Shown: positions 8,020-17,196, counted from the first letter of the stretch. The stretch is 20,000 nucleotides of DNA from Nitrospiraceae bacterium (GCA_037442105.1 JBBIQV010000011.1:54624-74623), one strand, 5' to 3'. The notes: generated by a model from the sequence alone, not told the origin. Numbers and translations: made by a program.

Positions 8020-9354
8020 GTGAGTCATCCAGCGCCGTCCCGACAGATCGGCTGGTTCACCGCAGCCTGTGTGCTGGTGAGCAACATCATCGGCGGCGGC
8101 ATCTTTACCACGACCGGCTTCATAGCCAGGGACCTCGGCGAGCCCCTCACCATCTTGATCTTGTGGGCGGTCGGAGGCCTGCTCGCGCTCGCCGGTGCAA
8201 TGGCCTATGCCGAACTGGGCTCGGCCCTTCCACAGGCCGGCGGTGATTACATCTACCTCCGGGAAGCCTACGGGCCGTTCGTGGCATTCCTGAGCGGATG
8301 GACCTCCTTCACGATCGGCTTCGGCGCTGCAGTCGCAGCGTCGGCCGTCAGTTTTGCATCCTATGCGCTTCGCGTCATGCCCATCGGGGAAGAAAATGAG
8401 CCGGTCGCCAAAGCCCTGGCGCTCGGGTTGGTTTGGAGCCTCTCTGCCGTCCACGCAGCCGGGATCGCCACCGGCGGGTGGTTACAACGGCTCCTGACCA
8501 CGACGAAGATCCTGGCGATCACCGGGTTGATCCTGGGCGGACTCACAATAGGGACAGGCCAGTGGACACATCTCAGCGAGCGAGTACCGGACACAAAGCC
8601 GAACCTCGGTGCGTTGTCTGTCGCATTGATATTCGTGATGTATAGCTATCTCGGCTGGAACGTGGTCGGGTACATCGCTGGAGAAATCGCCAACCCACAG
8701 CGGACCCTGCCGAAGATCATGATCGGCGGCACATCGTTCGTGGCCGTGATTTACCTGCTGCTGAATCTGGTCTACTTCTACGCACTCCCGGTCGCGACCC
8801 TGGCCCACCCCCCCGTGCTCCCGGTGGCGGAGAAAGCCGCGGCCGCCCTGTGGGGACCGGCGAGTGCCCGCATGGTCGCGGCACTCCTCTGCCTCTCGAT
8901 CGCCGGCGCCGTCAGCGCCATGATCTGGGCAGGCCCACGGGTCTATTGGGCCATGGCCCGGGACGGAATCATTGCGCCCTGGTTGGCCCAACTCCATCCG
9001 AGCTCCGGCGCACCGATCCGTGCGATCCTGCTCCAAAGCGTCTGGGCGTCCGTCCTCATCCTGACCGGAACGTTCGAACAACTGATCGTCTATAGCGGAT
9101 TGGTCCTTGCCGCATTTGTGGCGTTGACCGTGAGTACCATCTTTCTTTTGCGGCAACAACAGCCTGACCTCGTGCGGCCCTATCGAGTGCCGCTCTATCC
9201 GGTGCTCCCTGCCCTGCTCATCGTCGGCGCCACAGGCATTGTGGCCTACAGTGTTGTCCAACGGCCGATCGAGTCTCTCTTTGGCATAGCGACGGTTCTC
9301 AGCGGAATTCCATTCTACCTTCTCTGGCAAAGATCCCATTCCCGCAAATGTTGA
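8020..9354 (+). CDS. APC-family amino acid permease
   Basis: IIGGGIF, YAELGSALPQAGGDYIYLREAYG, YSYLGWN..AGEI.NPQRTLPK and RPYRVPLYP. About 12 hydrophobic segments. Confidence 0.92.
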   Translation: MSHPAPSRQIGWFTAACVLVSNIIGGGIFTTTGFIARDLGEPLTILILWAVGGLLALAGAMAYAELGSALPQAGGDYIYLREAYGPFVAFLSGWTSFTIGFGAAVAASAVSFASYALRVMPIGEENEPVAKALALGLVWSLSAVHAAGIATGGWLQRLLTTTKILAITGLILGGLTIGTGQWTHLSERVPDTKPNLGALSVALIFVMYSYLGWNVVGYIAGEIANPQRTLPKIMIGGTSFVAVIYLLLNLVYFYALPVATLAHPPVLPVAEKAAAALWGPASARMVAALLCLSIAGAVSAMIWAGPRVYWAMARDGIIAPWLAQLHPSSGAPIRAILLQSVWASVLILTGTFEQLIVYSGLVLAAFVALTVSTIFLLRQQQPDLVRPYRVPLYPVLPALLIVGATGIVAYSVVQRPIESLFGIATVLSGIPFYLLWQRSHSRKC

Positions 9355-9359
9355 GTCAG

Positions 9360-9852
9360 TGCCCCCACGTGGCCGTCTGCGCGGACAAGCATACATCCCA
9401 CCAGTCGCCGGCCGAGCCGACGGTGGCCGAACAGTCGGCAGGCCGGACACCCCAGAGTCAGTTTGGGCAGGCTGGGGGTAGAGCTGATCCAGGCCCACTC
9501 GCCGCAGGCCAAGAGCCGAGTCGAACGGCTCTTTCACACCTTTCAGGATCGGCTGATTAAGGAGCTACGCTGGTGGGGATTGCGACCTTCAAGGCGGCAA
9601 ATTGGGTTCTGGATGGCTCTCTGCCGCGCGACAACCGGCGCTGTGCGGTGCCACCGGCCCAGGCCGCCTATCCGCCTCGGTCGAGGCCGGGCGGGCCGGG
9701 AGCTGGACCGCATCCTGTGCTTCAAGACAACAGGGGCCTTTCGCTGCGACTCGAAGGTCGCGACCTCCCCGCGCCTAGTCAAGCCGATGGGGGATCATCC
9801 GTGGCGCCAGCGGGTTTACCATAAAACCGGACATTTCTAAATTGGGTTGACA
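9360..9852 (+). mobile_element. Degenerate IS remnant (ISNCY-type DDE transposase 3' part plus right terminal repeat)
   Basis: Transposase segments in three frames: ADKHTSHQSPAEPTVAEQ..PQSQFG / GVELIQAHSPQAKSRVERLFHTFQDRLIKELR / GIATFKAAN..LPRDNRRCAVPPAQ / RELDRILCFKT..DHPWR. Ends in GGACATTTCTAAATTGGGTTGACA, an IS-end-like sequence (5'-TGTCAA on the minus strand). Confidence 0.8.
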
Positions 9853-9868
9853 AGGATCAAACAGAGCC

Positions 9869-9897
9869 TTGTGGAACGATATGGCCTGTGTTAAACT
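9869..9897 (+). promoter_or_regulatory. Putative sigma70 promoter for rpsU
   Basis: TTGTGG-N17-TAAACT with an extended -10 TG. Confidence 0.5.
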
Positions 9898-9974
9898 TCG
9901 ACCTCCCGTGAGGCGGCAGGGTGACCGCTATCACTCTCAAAATCTCAGGCAAGAAGGACGGCTACGATAGCGCG

Positions 9975-10169
9975 ATGGAAATTCGAGTTTTCAATAACAA
10001 CGTTGATAAGGCTCTCAAGGTTGCCAAAAAGAAATTGGCTGGCGAGGGGCTGTTTCGCGAGTTAAAGCGGCGCCGATATTACGAAAAGCCCAGCGTGAGA
10101 AAGAAAGCCAAGCAGCGGGAAGCCCAGCGGCGTCGTCAGAAGTGGCTCTCCAAGCGCCGAATGGATTAG
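9975..10169 (+). CDS. rpsU: 30S ribosomal protein S21
   Basis: MEIRVFNNNVDKALKVAKKKLAGEGLFRELKRRRYYEKPSVRKKAK carries the S21 signature. The start is at ATG 9975, not 9921. Confidence 0.95.
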   Translation: MEIRVFNNNVDKALKVAKKKLAGEGLFRELKRRRYYEKPSVRKKAKQREAQRRRQKWLSKRRMD

Positions 10170-10251
10170 GGGTCCCGCGCGCTTCACTGCCTCCGATTGG
10201 TCGACTCCTCTCCGGTCTGTTTTCCTCAACCGGTCTTCGGCTCTCACTCGA

Positions 10252-10911
10252 ATGCGCGACAGGGATATCCACGCCGCTATCCGTGTTCTGAAACGGGAGG
10301 TGCAGCAGTGGCAGGAACCTGCCGTCGGCCTCGTGGCGAAAGAATCGGGGGGCGATCCATTTCGGATTCTCATCTCCTGTCTCTTGAGCCTGCGCACCAA
10401 AGATCAAACCACTGATGAAGCCAGCCGACGCCTCTTTGCGCTGGCAACCGATCCGGCCTCCATGCTCAAGATTCCTGTTCGGCAAATCGAACGGGCGATC
10501 TATCCCGTCGGCTTCTACCGCACTAAGGCGGTGCGGATTCATGAGATTTGTCGCCGGCTATTGGAGGAGTACGGTGGGCGCGTGCCGCATTTGATCGAGG
10601 ACCTGCTCGCCTTGCCTGGGGTCGGGCGGAAGACGGCTAATCTTGTCGTGACAGTGGGCTACCAGAAGCCCGGCATCTGCGTGGACATTCACGTCCACCG
10701 CATCAGCAACCGCTGGGGATACGTCAAGACGAAGACGCCGGAGGAAACCGAGCAAGCCCTGCGCAGCAAACTGCCCACCCGATATTGGATCACCTATAAC
10801 GACCTGCTGGTGCCGTTCGGGCAACACCTCTGCCGACCGGTGTCCCCCTTCTGCAGCCGGTGCAACCTTGCCAAGTACTGCGATCGGGTGGGCGTGACGA
10901 GATCAAGGTAG
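10252..10911 (+). CDS. nth: Endonuclease III (HhH-GPD, [4Fe-4S])
   Basis: LISCLLSLRTKD, HhH LPGVGRKTANLV, VDIHVHRI and C-terminal CRPVSPFCSRCNLAKYC. Confidence 0.93.
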   Translation: MRDRDIHAAIRVLKREVQQWQEPAVGLVAKESGGDPFRILISCLLSLRTKDQTTDEASRRLFALATDPASMLKIPVRQIERAIYPVGFYRTKAVRIHEICRRLLEEYGGRVPHLIEDLLALPGVGRKTANLVVTVGYQKPGICVDIHVHRISNRWGYVKTKTPEETEQALRSKLPTRYWITYNDLLVPFGQHLCRPVSPFCSRCNLAKYCDRVGVTRSR

Positions 10912-10985
10912 GCTATAGGCAAGAACAAGAAAAGGAGGAAGGAGCCGGTTCCGCCCCGTAGCCCTTCGCCCATTGCCCCCCGCCT
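10905..10985. repeat. Heptamer-tandem inverted repeat element between convergent nth and DsrE-like genes
   Basis: Left arm aaggtag-gctatag-gcaagaa. Right arm ccccgta-gcccttc-gcccatt-gcccccc-gcctg. Confidence 0.75.
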
Positions 10986-10987
10986 GT

Positions 10988-11407
10988 TCAAATGAACAGC
11001 GTCGTTTCCGCCCCGGCCGTGAGAGAAATAATGGCAGGCAGGCCCAGCACCTCATCCACGTTCTTCGCCACCGCGTCCGCCTCGACGCCCATATATTCCA
11101 GCCCTGCGCTGCAGGCGATCAGGCGAAAACGTCCGACCAGCCGAGCCTCCTGAAACATTCCTGAAATCCGCGGGACTTTCTTCTCTTTGAGGAGTTGGGC
11201 GACTTGTGGAGCAGACTCGGCATACTCGGGCGGAAAGTCCATGGCATCGATCCGCCCCTCTGCCAGCTTCTTGATCGTCCAGAAGAGCAACACGACGATC
11301 ACGTCTTTTCCCATTGCGGCGGCGGTGAGGCCGAGGGTGGCCACCTGGTGCAATTTGTCATAGGTGGCATTGTGCGCGAAGATCACGAACTTGGGTTTGG
11401 CATGCAC
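10988..11407 (-). CDS. DsrE/DsrF/DrsH-like family protein
   Basis: Motifs GLTAAAMGKDVIVVLLFW, RLIACSAGLEYMGV (single conserved Cys) and C-terminal TLFI. Confidence 0.8.
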   Translation of the reverse strand: MHAKPKFVIFAHNATYDKLHQVATLGLTAAAMGKDVIVVLLFWTIKKLAEGRIDAMDFPPEYAESAPQVAQLLKEKKVPRISGMFQEARLVGRFRLIACSAGLEYMGVEADAVAKNVDEVLGLPAIISLTAGAETTLFI

Positions 11408-11418
11408 GGCAACAGCCT

Positions 11419-11811
11419 CTACTTCTTCCGCACCTGAGCTTTGACGCTGTTCACATAGTCGGTAATCACGGCGTCCACCTCACTGGGACTCATGGCGCGA
11501 TCGTGGGTTTCGCTTTCGTCGACGACATAGGTCTCACGGTTCTTCTCTTGCCGAACGACGACGGTGTTCTCCGGCGTCACCTCCACCATCATGAACCATT
11601 CTTTCTGACCCTGCCGGATCGTCACTTCTTTGCCCAACCCCTTCTTGGTGATTTCCACTTCCAGTTCTTGGCTGGGTCCGGTGGCTGGGTCGGCGGCCAC
11701 GGCGAGGGAGGTGCCGGCCAGAAGGAAAATCCCAGCGAGAGTCGCGTGAAGGAGACCGTGGTGAAACTGTATGCGGCTGTAAGCTCCGTTGTTCTGAAAA
11801 CGGACGATCAT
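11419..11811 (-). CDS. Hypothetical exported protein
   Basis: Signal-peptide-like LAGIFLLAGTSLAVAA followed by a beta-rich domain. Lies 11 nt from the next gene, so probably co-transcribed. Start uncertain. Confidence 0.7.
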   Translation of the reverse strand: MIVRFQNNGAYSRIQFHHGLLHATLAGIFLLAGTSLAVAADPATGPSQELEVEITKKGLGKEVTIRQGQKEWFMMVEVTPENTVVVRQEKNRETYVVDESETHDRAMSPSEVDAVITDYVNSVKAQVRKK

Positions 11812-11870
11812 ATCAACTTCCGTCGCCGAGGAACCCGATGGTGTCCGATCGGCCCTCAGCGTGAGTAGGC

Positions 11871-11899
11871 ATTATAGCCCCCTCCCTCACCAACGTAAA
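11871..11899 (-). promoter_or_regulatory. Putative sigma70 promoter
   Basis: Minus strand TTTACG-N17-TATAAT. Confidence 0.6.
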
Positions 11900-11959
11900 C
11901 CGTCTCACCACGACCACGGCCCTTTCCGTCGCAGCGAGCACGTGCTAGGATTCGCCCGC

Positions 11960-12388
11960 ATGGACGCACTCCTGTCGAAGGCGATCGAGATTGTTCCCCC
12001 GGATGTGCTGGTCAAGCTGACGGTGGCTTCACTGGTCGGCTTTGTCGGCACCCTCGTTGCGATCCCCTTCATCCTGGTCCGGCTCCCGGCGGACTATTTC
12101 GATGTCCGCGTACCTCGAGCCTGGATGCGGGATCATCATCCGGTGCTCCGTTTCATCGGGCACATCGTCAAAAACGCCGTCGGCGTGGTGTTTGTGCTGG
12201 CGGGCTTTGCGATGCTGTTTCTTCCGGGGCAAGGGATCCTCACGATGATCATCGGGATTTCGATGCTCGATTTCCCGGGCAAACGGCGATTGGAAGCCAA
12301 GCTGGTCGGCCAACCAGCCGTGTTACACGCCATCAACTCCATGCGCGGCAGGTTCGGCAAGCCGCCGTTGACCGTTGCCGGCACGTAA
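11960..12388 (+). CDS. PGPGW-domain putative membrane protein
   Basis: LVRLPADYF, GFAMLFLPGQGILTMIIG and DFPGKRRLE motifs with three hydrophobic segments. ATG 11960 follows TGcTAGGAT. Confidence 0.8.
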   Translation: MDALLSKAIEIVPPDVLVKLTVASLVGFVGTLVAIPFILVRLPADYFDVRVPRAWMRDHHPVLRFIGHIVKNAVGVVFVLAGFAMLFLPGQGILTMIIGISMLDFPGKRRLEAKLVGQPAVLHAINSMRGRFGKPPLTVAGT

Positions 12389-12390
12389 TA

Positions 12391-12428
12391 TTACCTTTAC
12401 CTTTCGCCTTCTGACTCTTTTGACCTGC
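12391..12428. repeat. Single-arm pyrimidine-rich degenerate 6-8 bp tandem repeat upstream of polA
   Basis: ttaccttt-acctttc-gccttct-gactcttt-tgacctg. Confidence 0.45.
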
Positions 12429-12430
12429 TG

Positions 12431-15073
12431 ATGCCCACTCTCTATCTCATCGACGGCAGCGCCTACATTTATCGGGCCTTCTTCGCCCTGCCACCGCTCT
12501 CCAACTCGAAGGGCCTGCCGACCAACGCGGTCTATGGGTTCACCACGATGCTCATGAAGATCCTGCGCGAGCATCGTCCCGGTTGCCTGGCCGTGGCGTT
12601 CGATGAAAAGGGTCCCACTCAGCGCCACGAAGAGTACAAAGCCTACAAGGCGCAGCGCCCCCCGATGCCGGAGGGGATGAGCGGACAGATTCCCTACATC
12701 CATCGAGTGGTCGAAGCCTTCGGCATCCCCGCCGTCCGGCAATTCGGCTATGAAGCCGACGATCTGATCGGCACATTAGCGCGCCAAGCCGAACAGGCCG
12801 GCTACGAAGTGGTCATTGTGACCGGCGACAAGGACATGTTTCAGCTCCTTACGCCGATGGTCCGCATTTACGATCCGGTCAAGGACAAGTGGTTCGGTGA
12901 GGCCGAGTGCCGCGAACGGTTCGGGGTGGAACCGGCGCGTGTCGTCGAGGTGATGGGCTTGATGGGGGATGCCACCGATAACATCCCCGGCGTGAAAGGG
13001 ATCGGAGAGAAAACCGCTATCAAGCTGATCAGCCAGTTCGTCACGATCGATGAGCTCCTGCGGCGAGTAGAAGAAGTCACGCCGGCCAAAATCAAGACCA
13101 TGCTGATGGAGCAGGCGGAGAACGCGCGTCTCAGCCGGCGGCTCGCAACGATTCAGGTGGACTGTCCGGTTGAGTTTCATCCCGAACAATACCAGGTCAA
13201 GCAACCGCACATCGACAGCCTGGTGGCGCTGCTGCGCGAGCTGGAATTCACCTCGCTGGTGAAACAGTTTCAATCGGCGTCGCCAGCCCAGTCCGCGGAG
13301 ACGGAGGTGGCGACCATCCAGGATGCAACGGCGGCCAAGCACTTCGTGCAGGAGTTGCCGGAGACCGGAGCCGTCGGCCTATATGCCGTGCTGGCCGGCG
13401 ATGTCAGCGTGCGCACCGAGGCGCAGGGGCTGGCCATTGGGACTCCGAGCGGACGAACCGTCTTCGTCCAGGGCGATGGCCCAACCTGGCCGCAGCCGAT
13501 CAAGGATCTGCTCGGTGATGCCGGGAAAAGGAAGGCGGTCCATGATCTGAAACCGGTCCTCCTGGCCTTGGCTCGTCATGACATCCAATTGCGCGGTCCC
13601 TGCTTCGATACGATGATTGCCGACTACCTGCTGAATCCTAATCGCCGTGCCCACACGCTCGAAGCCGTGGCGCTGGAAGTGTTAGGGGCTCAGCTTGGGG
13701 CGGCGAAGCCGAGTACCATGACGAAGGTTGCGGCCACGCTGTTCGATGTGGATGAGAGTATCGTTCAGCATGCCGGAGAAGCGGCGGCGACGACGGCTAA
13801 ACTGGTTCCTGTGCTGGAAGAGCGGCTCACCGAGCAAGGCAGTCTTCGCCTCTTCAAGGACGTGGAGATGCCGCTCGTGCCGGTGCTGGCGGAGATCGAA
13901 CGGAACGGATTTCTCCTCGACGTGGAGGCGCTCCGGTCGCTCAGCAAGGAGCTGGAGCGCGAATTAGACCGGATGATGGAGACCATCGCCGGGCTGGCGG
14001 GCGGCGAGTTCAACATCAACTCGCCCAAACAACTGGCCACCGTCTTGTTCGACAAACTGGGGTTGAAACCGATCCGAAAAACCAAGACGGGTTACTCCAC
14101 CGACGAAGAAACGCTCACGCAGTTGGCCGCGCAGCACGATCTACCGGCCCAGATTCTGAACTACCGAAGCCTCAGCAAGCTCAAGTCGACGTATGTGGAT
14201 GCGCTGCCCGAACTCGTCAATCCGGATACGGGCCGGCTGCACACGTCACTGAATCAGACGGTCGCTGCGACAGGCCGGCTTTCCTCCACTGAGCCCAATC
14301 TGCAGAACATCCCGGTGAAAGGCGAGTACGGGTTGCGGATCAGGGAAGCCTTCATCGCCCCCAAAGGCCACACGTTGCTCTGCGCGGACTACAGCCAGAT
14401 CGAGCCGCGCATTCTGGCGCATCTCTCACAAGATGAGAAGCTGCTCAAGGTGTTTGAACGGGGAGAGGACATCCACACGGCCACGGCGGTAGAGATTTTC
14501 AAGCTTCTACCGGAACAGATCACCAAAGAGATGCGGCGCGCGGCGAAGACGGTGGTGTTCGGGATTGTCTACGGGATCAGCCCGTTCGGACTCTCGCAGA
14601 ACATCGGCGTGTCGCAGGCAGAAGCGAAGAAGTACATTGATACCTTCTTTGAACGATTTGCGGCGGTGCGGGCGCTCATGGACCGGAACATCGCCGAGGG
14701 GAAACAGAAGGGCTATACCACCACCATTCTGGGACGCCGACGTCCCATCCCTGAACTACAGAGTTCCGATCCGACCCAGCGCGGCTTCGGTGAGCGGATG
14801 GCGGTGAACAGCCCGATTCAAGGCTCGGCGGCCGATGTCATCAAAGTCGCGATGATCGCCGTGAACAAGCGATTGCAGGAGGAAATACCGAGTACGAAGA
14901 TGATTCTCCAAGTGCACGATGAGTTGATCTTCGAGGTACCCGACAAGGATTTGGAGAAAGCAAAGCAGCTCGTGAAGTCCGAGATGGAGGCAACGGGGAC
15001 GAAACTCGGACTATCGGTGCCGCTGAAGGTTGATCTCGGCGTCGGCCACAACTGGCGATCGGCGCATCCGTAA
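12431..15073 (+). CDS. polA: DNA polymerase I
   Basis: 5'-3' exonuclease LIDGSAYIYRAFFA, EADD and DNIPGVKGIGEKTA. Polymerase motifs ATGRLSS, ADYSQIE, RRAAKTVVFGIVYG and LQVHDEL. Confidence 0.98.
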   Translation: MPTLYLIDGSAYIYRAFFALPPLSNSKGLPTNAVYGFTTMLMKILREHRPGCLAVAFDEKGPTQRHEEYKAYKAQRPPMPEGMSGQIPYIHRVVEAFGIPAVRQFGYEADDLIGTLARQAEQAGYEVVIVTGDKDMFQLLTPMVRIYDPVKDKWFGEAECRERFGVEPARVVEVMGLMGDATDNIPGVKGIGEKTAIKLISQFVTIDELLRRVEEVTPAKIKTMLMEQAENARLSRRLATIQVDCPVEFHPEQYQVKQPHIDSLVALLRELEFTSLVKQFQSASPAQSAETEVATIQDATAAKHFVQELPETGAVGLYAVLAGDVSVRTEAQGLAIGTPSGRTVFVQGDGPTWPQPIKDLLGDAGKRKAVHDLKPVLLALARHDIQLRGPCFDTMIADYLLNPNRRAHTLEAVALEVLGAQLGAAKPSTMTKVAATLFDVDESIVQHAGEAAATTAKLVPVLEERLTEQGSLRLFKDVEMPLVPVLAEIERNGFLLDVEALRSLSKELERELDRMMETIAGLAGGEFNINSPKQLATVLFDKLGLKPIRKTKTGYSTDEETLTQLAAQHDLPAQILNYRSLSKLKSTYVDALPELVNPDTGRLHTSLNQTVAATGRLSSTEPNLQNIPVKGEYGLRIREAFIAPKGHTLLCADYSQIEPRILAHLSQDEKLLKVFERGEDIHTATAVEIFKLLPEQITKEMRRAAKTVVFGIVYGISPFGLSQNIGVSQAEAKKYIDTFFERFAAVRALMDRNIAEGKQKGYTTTILGRRRPIPELQSSDPTQRGFGERMAVNSPIQGSAADVIKVAMIAVNKRLQEEIPSTKMILQVHDELIFEVPDKDLEKAKQLVKSEMEATGTKLGLSVPLKVDLGVGHNWRSAHP

Positions 15074-15196
15074 TTTGAACCTCTCACGGTTTCTTGTTTT
15101 TCTTATCCGCCGGCCCCTCCGCAAAGAGCAGCCACGCGAGAACCACAAAACCCACCGCCACCGCCGCGATCGCAAGCCAGGTTCCCAGTTTCTCCA

Positions 15197-15598
15197 TCAG
15201 GATGCTCTCGGTGACGGGCCCTGAAGTGCCTTGAGAAGACGGGACTCCAAGCGTTTGACCTTCCCGTCAAGATTGACTGTCACCAGCTTCGCCGAGCCTT
15301 CCACGACGATCCGCCCGCTCGTGCGTTCACGGATAACATGAGCGAAGGTGAACGACGTGCGCCCGATCTCAGCGAGCCTCGTTTCAATCGCGAGGACCTC
15401 ACCATAGCGGGCGGGGGAGCGATAGTCCGCCTCGGCATGCACGACCAGAAATTGTGTGCCTTCCTCGATGAGTCCGGCCACTGAGACCCCACGTTGTTCC
15501 AAATACTCCGTCCGGGCGCGCTCGAAGTACTTCAGGTAGTTCGCATAATACACCACGCCGCCACAGTCGGTATCTTCGTAATAAATGCGGATGTCCAT
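15197..15598 (-). CDS. YbgC/FadM-family acyl-CoA thioesterase (hotdog fold)
   Basis: IRIYYEDTDCGGVVYYANYLKYFERARTE signature. Confidence 0.9.
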   Translation of the reverse strand: MDIRIYYEDTDCGGVVYYANYLKYFERARTEYLEQRGVSVAGLIEEGTQFLVVHAEADYRSPARYGEVLAIETRLAEIGRTSFTFAHVIRERTSGRIVVEGSAKLVTVNLDGKVKRLESRLLKALQGPSPRAS

Positions 15599-15603
15599 GA
15601 ATG

Positions 15604-15757
15604 CAGCTGATGGCTAACAGCCGGCAGCACATAGCGAACAGCTACCGGCCTTGAGCCCTTCAACGGTCAACTGAACACCGACCAGATGATCGTATTCTCC
15701 ACCCCCGTCCGTCATGCTTTTATTTGGCTGCTCTCCGCCAGCTATTCGCTATTAGCT
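15604..15757. repeat. Heptamer-tandem inverted repeat element (GCNRAYA type) with an approximately 75-nt spacer
   Basis: Left arm gctgatg-gctaaca-gccggca-gcacata-gcgaaca-gcta. Right arm ends ccgccag-ctattcg-ctattag-ct. Confidence 0.75.
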
Positions 15758-15759
15758 CG

Positions 15760-17022
15760 TTAAAGATTCAGCGTCGGAAACTTCGGCAGCGAGGTCTCGT
15801 TGACGCCTGTCAACTTCACGACGACCTCACACAGTTGCTGTACCCGCTCGGTTTTGACCGGCTCGAAGCCGTGGCCCAGCACCCCATGACTGGCGGCATC
15901 GAGCAACGGCTTCATCTTCGGCCATTGGGCAAGAAATCCCTGCCCCATCTGATCGCCGAGACCGGCCAACGCGCGGAACTGACTCGGCAGCGGCAGCTTG
16001 AACTTCCCGTCCACATCGTCGAGGTAGCAAGTCCGGCATGTCTCGCGCAACGCCTGCGGCAACTGCTCCGGCTGCACGTCCCACGTCTTGATCTTGTACT
16101 GCTTGAAGAGCTGCTGCTGCGCAAAGGCTTCGAGGGCCCGCACCAGCGCCTGCATCGCGGCTTCGGGATCATGGTCCACGCTCGCGCGGCGTTCGGCATG
16201 GGCAAGGAGGTCCAATGCAACCGCCTCCTTCACTTCAGCAGGATCGAGCACGATCTTCTCCAGGAAAGCCGCGTTCGCCCTGATCAGAGGAACCAGCGCC
16301 TTCAAACCCGGCGGCCCGCCCCAGAGCGACGCCATCTCCAGCGCCTTGAGCGAAGTCTTCAGTTTGTCCCACGCCGGCCGGTACTGGAAGCGCTCCCACA
16401 ACCGATACCCCTCTGCCAGGTCGGCGACCGCGCGATAGAGCGGTTTCTGTCCTCCGCTCACGCGCGCTTCGAGATCGCGAAAGGCCGACGCGGCGGCGCT
16501 GAAGCTCCCTTGGTTGAATAACTCGCACGCTTCGTGGCGCGCCACGGTCGCAGCTTCATCCCACGGATTGCCCTGAAGCCAGACACACTCCCGTCCATCG
16601 ATCACCACCGTCTCGCCGCTCGTCGCCGTCGTGTTGCTCGCCCCGACAATGGCGAGGATCCGCGATGTCCACGGCAGGCTGGCCGCCGCCAGCGCGGCCG
16701 CCATCGCCGGTGTCGCCCCTGTGAGATCGACGACCAGCTCGCCGGCTTGCACCTCCCAGGTCTTCAACAAATCGCGGAGCGTGCGGGAAAGGGCTTGATG
16801 GCAGGCGACGATGCTCGCGGCATCGGGCGTGACCACCCAATCCCAGCGCCGGGGCATCCGGTGGATCTGAGGCTGGACCGCGCTTTCCACCAGCACCTTC
16901 CCGCTCTCCGGGACGAAAAAGCACAGGAGATCGGGCGTAAGGCGATTGACCACATAGACCGCCGCCGGTGCATCGTCCGTCAACGCTACCAACAGAGCTT
17001 TCACTGGGCGGTCTTGCGGCAT
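15760..17022 (-). CDS. TIGR02710-family (Csm6/Csx1-related) CARF-HEPN-like protein with degenerate motifs
   Basis: CARF-like N-terminus (L.PDLLCFFV.ESGK and VVDLTGATPAM, cf. DxTGGTKxM), NPWD linker, helical middle (LAEGYRLWERF, DLLAHAERRA, RALEAFAQ) and C-terminal ASHGVLGHGF (cf. RNxSILAHG). Confidence 0.75.
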   Translation of the reverse strand: MPQDRPVKALLVALTDDAPAAVYVVNRLTPDLLCFFVPESGKVLVESAVQPQIHRMPRRWDWVVTPDAASIVACHQALSRTLRDLLKTWEVQAGELVVDLTGATPAMAAALAAASLPWTSRILAIVGASNTTATSGETVVIDGRECVWLQGNPWDEAATVARHEACELFNQGSFSAAASAFRDLEARVSGGQKPLYRAVADLAEGYRLWERFQYRPAWDKLKTSLKALEMASLWGGPPGLKALVPLIRANAAFLEKIVLDPAEVKEAVALDLLAHAERRASVDHDPEAAMQALVRALEAFAQQQLFKQYKIKTWDVQPEQLPQALRETCRTCYLDDVDGKFKLPLPSQFRALAGLGDQMGQGFLAQWPKMKPLLDAASHGVLGHGFEPVKTERVQQLCEVVVKLTGVNETSLPKFPTLNL

Positions 17023-17030
17023 GGGCGCGG

Positions 17031-17059
17031 ACTATAACATCCCCCTTGGACCCGATCAA
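17031..17059 (-). promoter_or_regulatory. Sigma70 promoter of the CARF-like gene (near-leaderless)
   Basis: Minus strand TTGATC-N17-TATAGT with an extended TG. ATG lies 8 nt downstream with no SD. Confidence 0.7.
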
Positions 17060-17067
17060 CGGAGGAT

Positions 17068-17160
17068 GAATCGTTCGTCATTCGTGAGGAGGGGAAAGGC
17101 GCGGCGACGAGAGCCGACGGTCTCCGTTCCGGACAAACGACGGTCGACGATTGACGCGTT
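17068..17160. repeat. Heptamer-tandem inverted repeat element (TCGT/ACGA type) between divergent promoters
   Basis: Left arm gaatcgt-tcgtcat-tcgtgag. Right arm acaaacg-acggtcg-acgattg-acgcgtt. Confidence 0.6.
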
Positions 17161-17167
17161 TCGGCGT

Positions 17168-17196
17168 TTGACAGAACCCTGAGGCTCTCCTACAAT
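17168..17196 (+). promoter_or_regulatory. Near-consensus sigma70 promoter of gmhA (near-leaderless)
   Basis: TTGACA-N17-TACAAT. The GTG start lies 8 nt downstream with no SD. Confidence 0.8.

Noticed and set aside
9847..9897. IS-derived hybrid promoter driving rpsU
   Set aside because: TTGACA at 9847-9852 is 39 nt from the TAAACT box, and a correctly spaced native -35 (TTGTGG) exists.
12431..15073. Degenerate 3'-5' exonuclease domain of PolA as a novelty
   Set aside because: Loss of the proofreading acidic residues is common in bacterial Pol I. No intein or insertion is evident.
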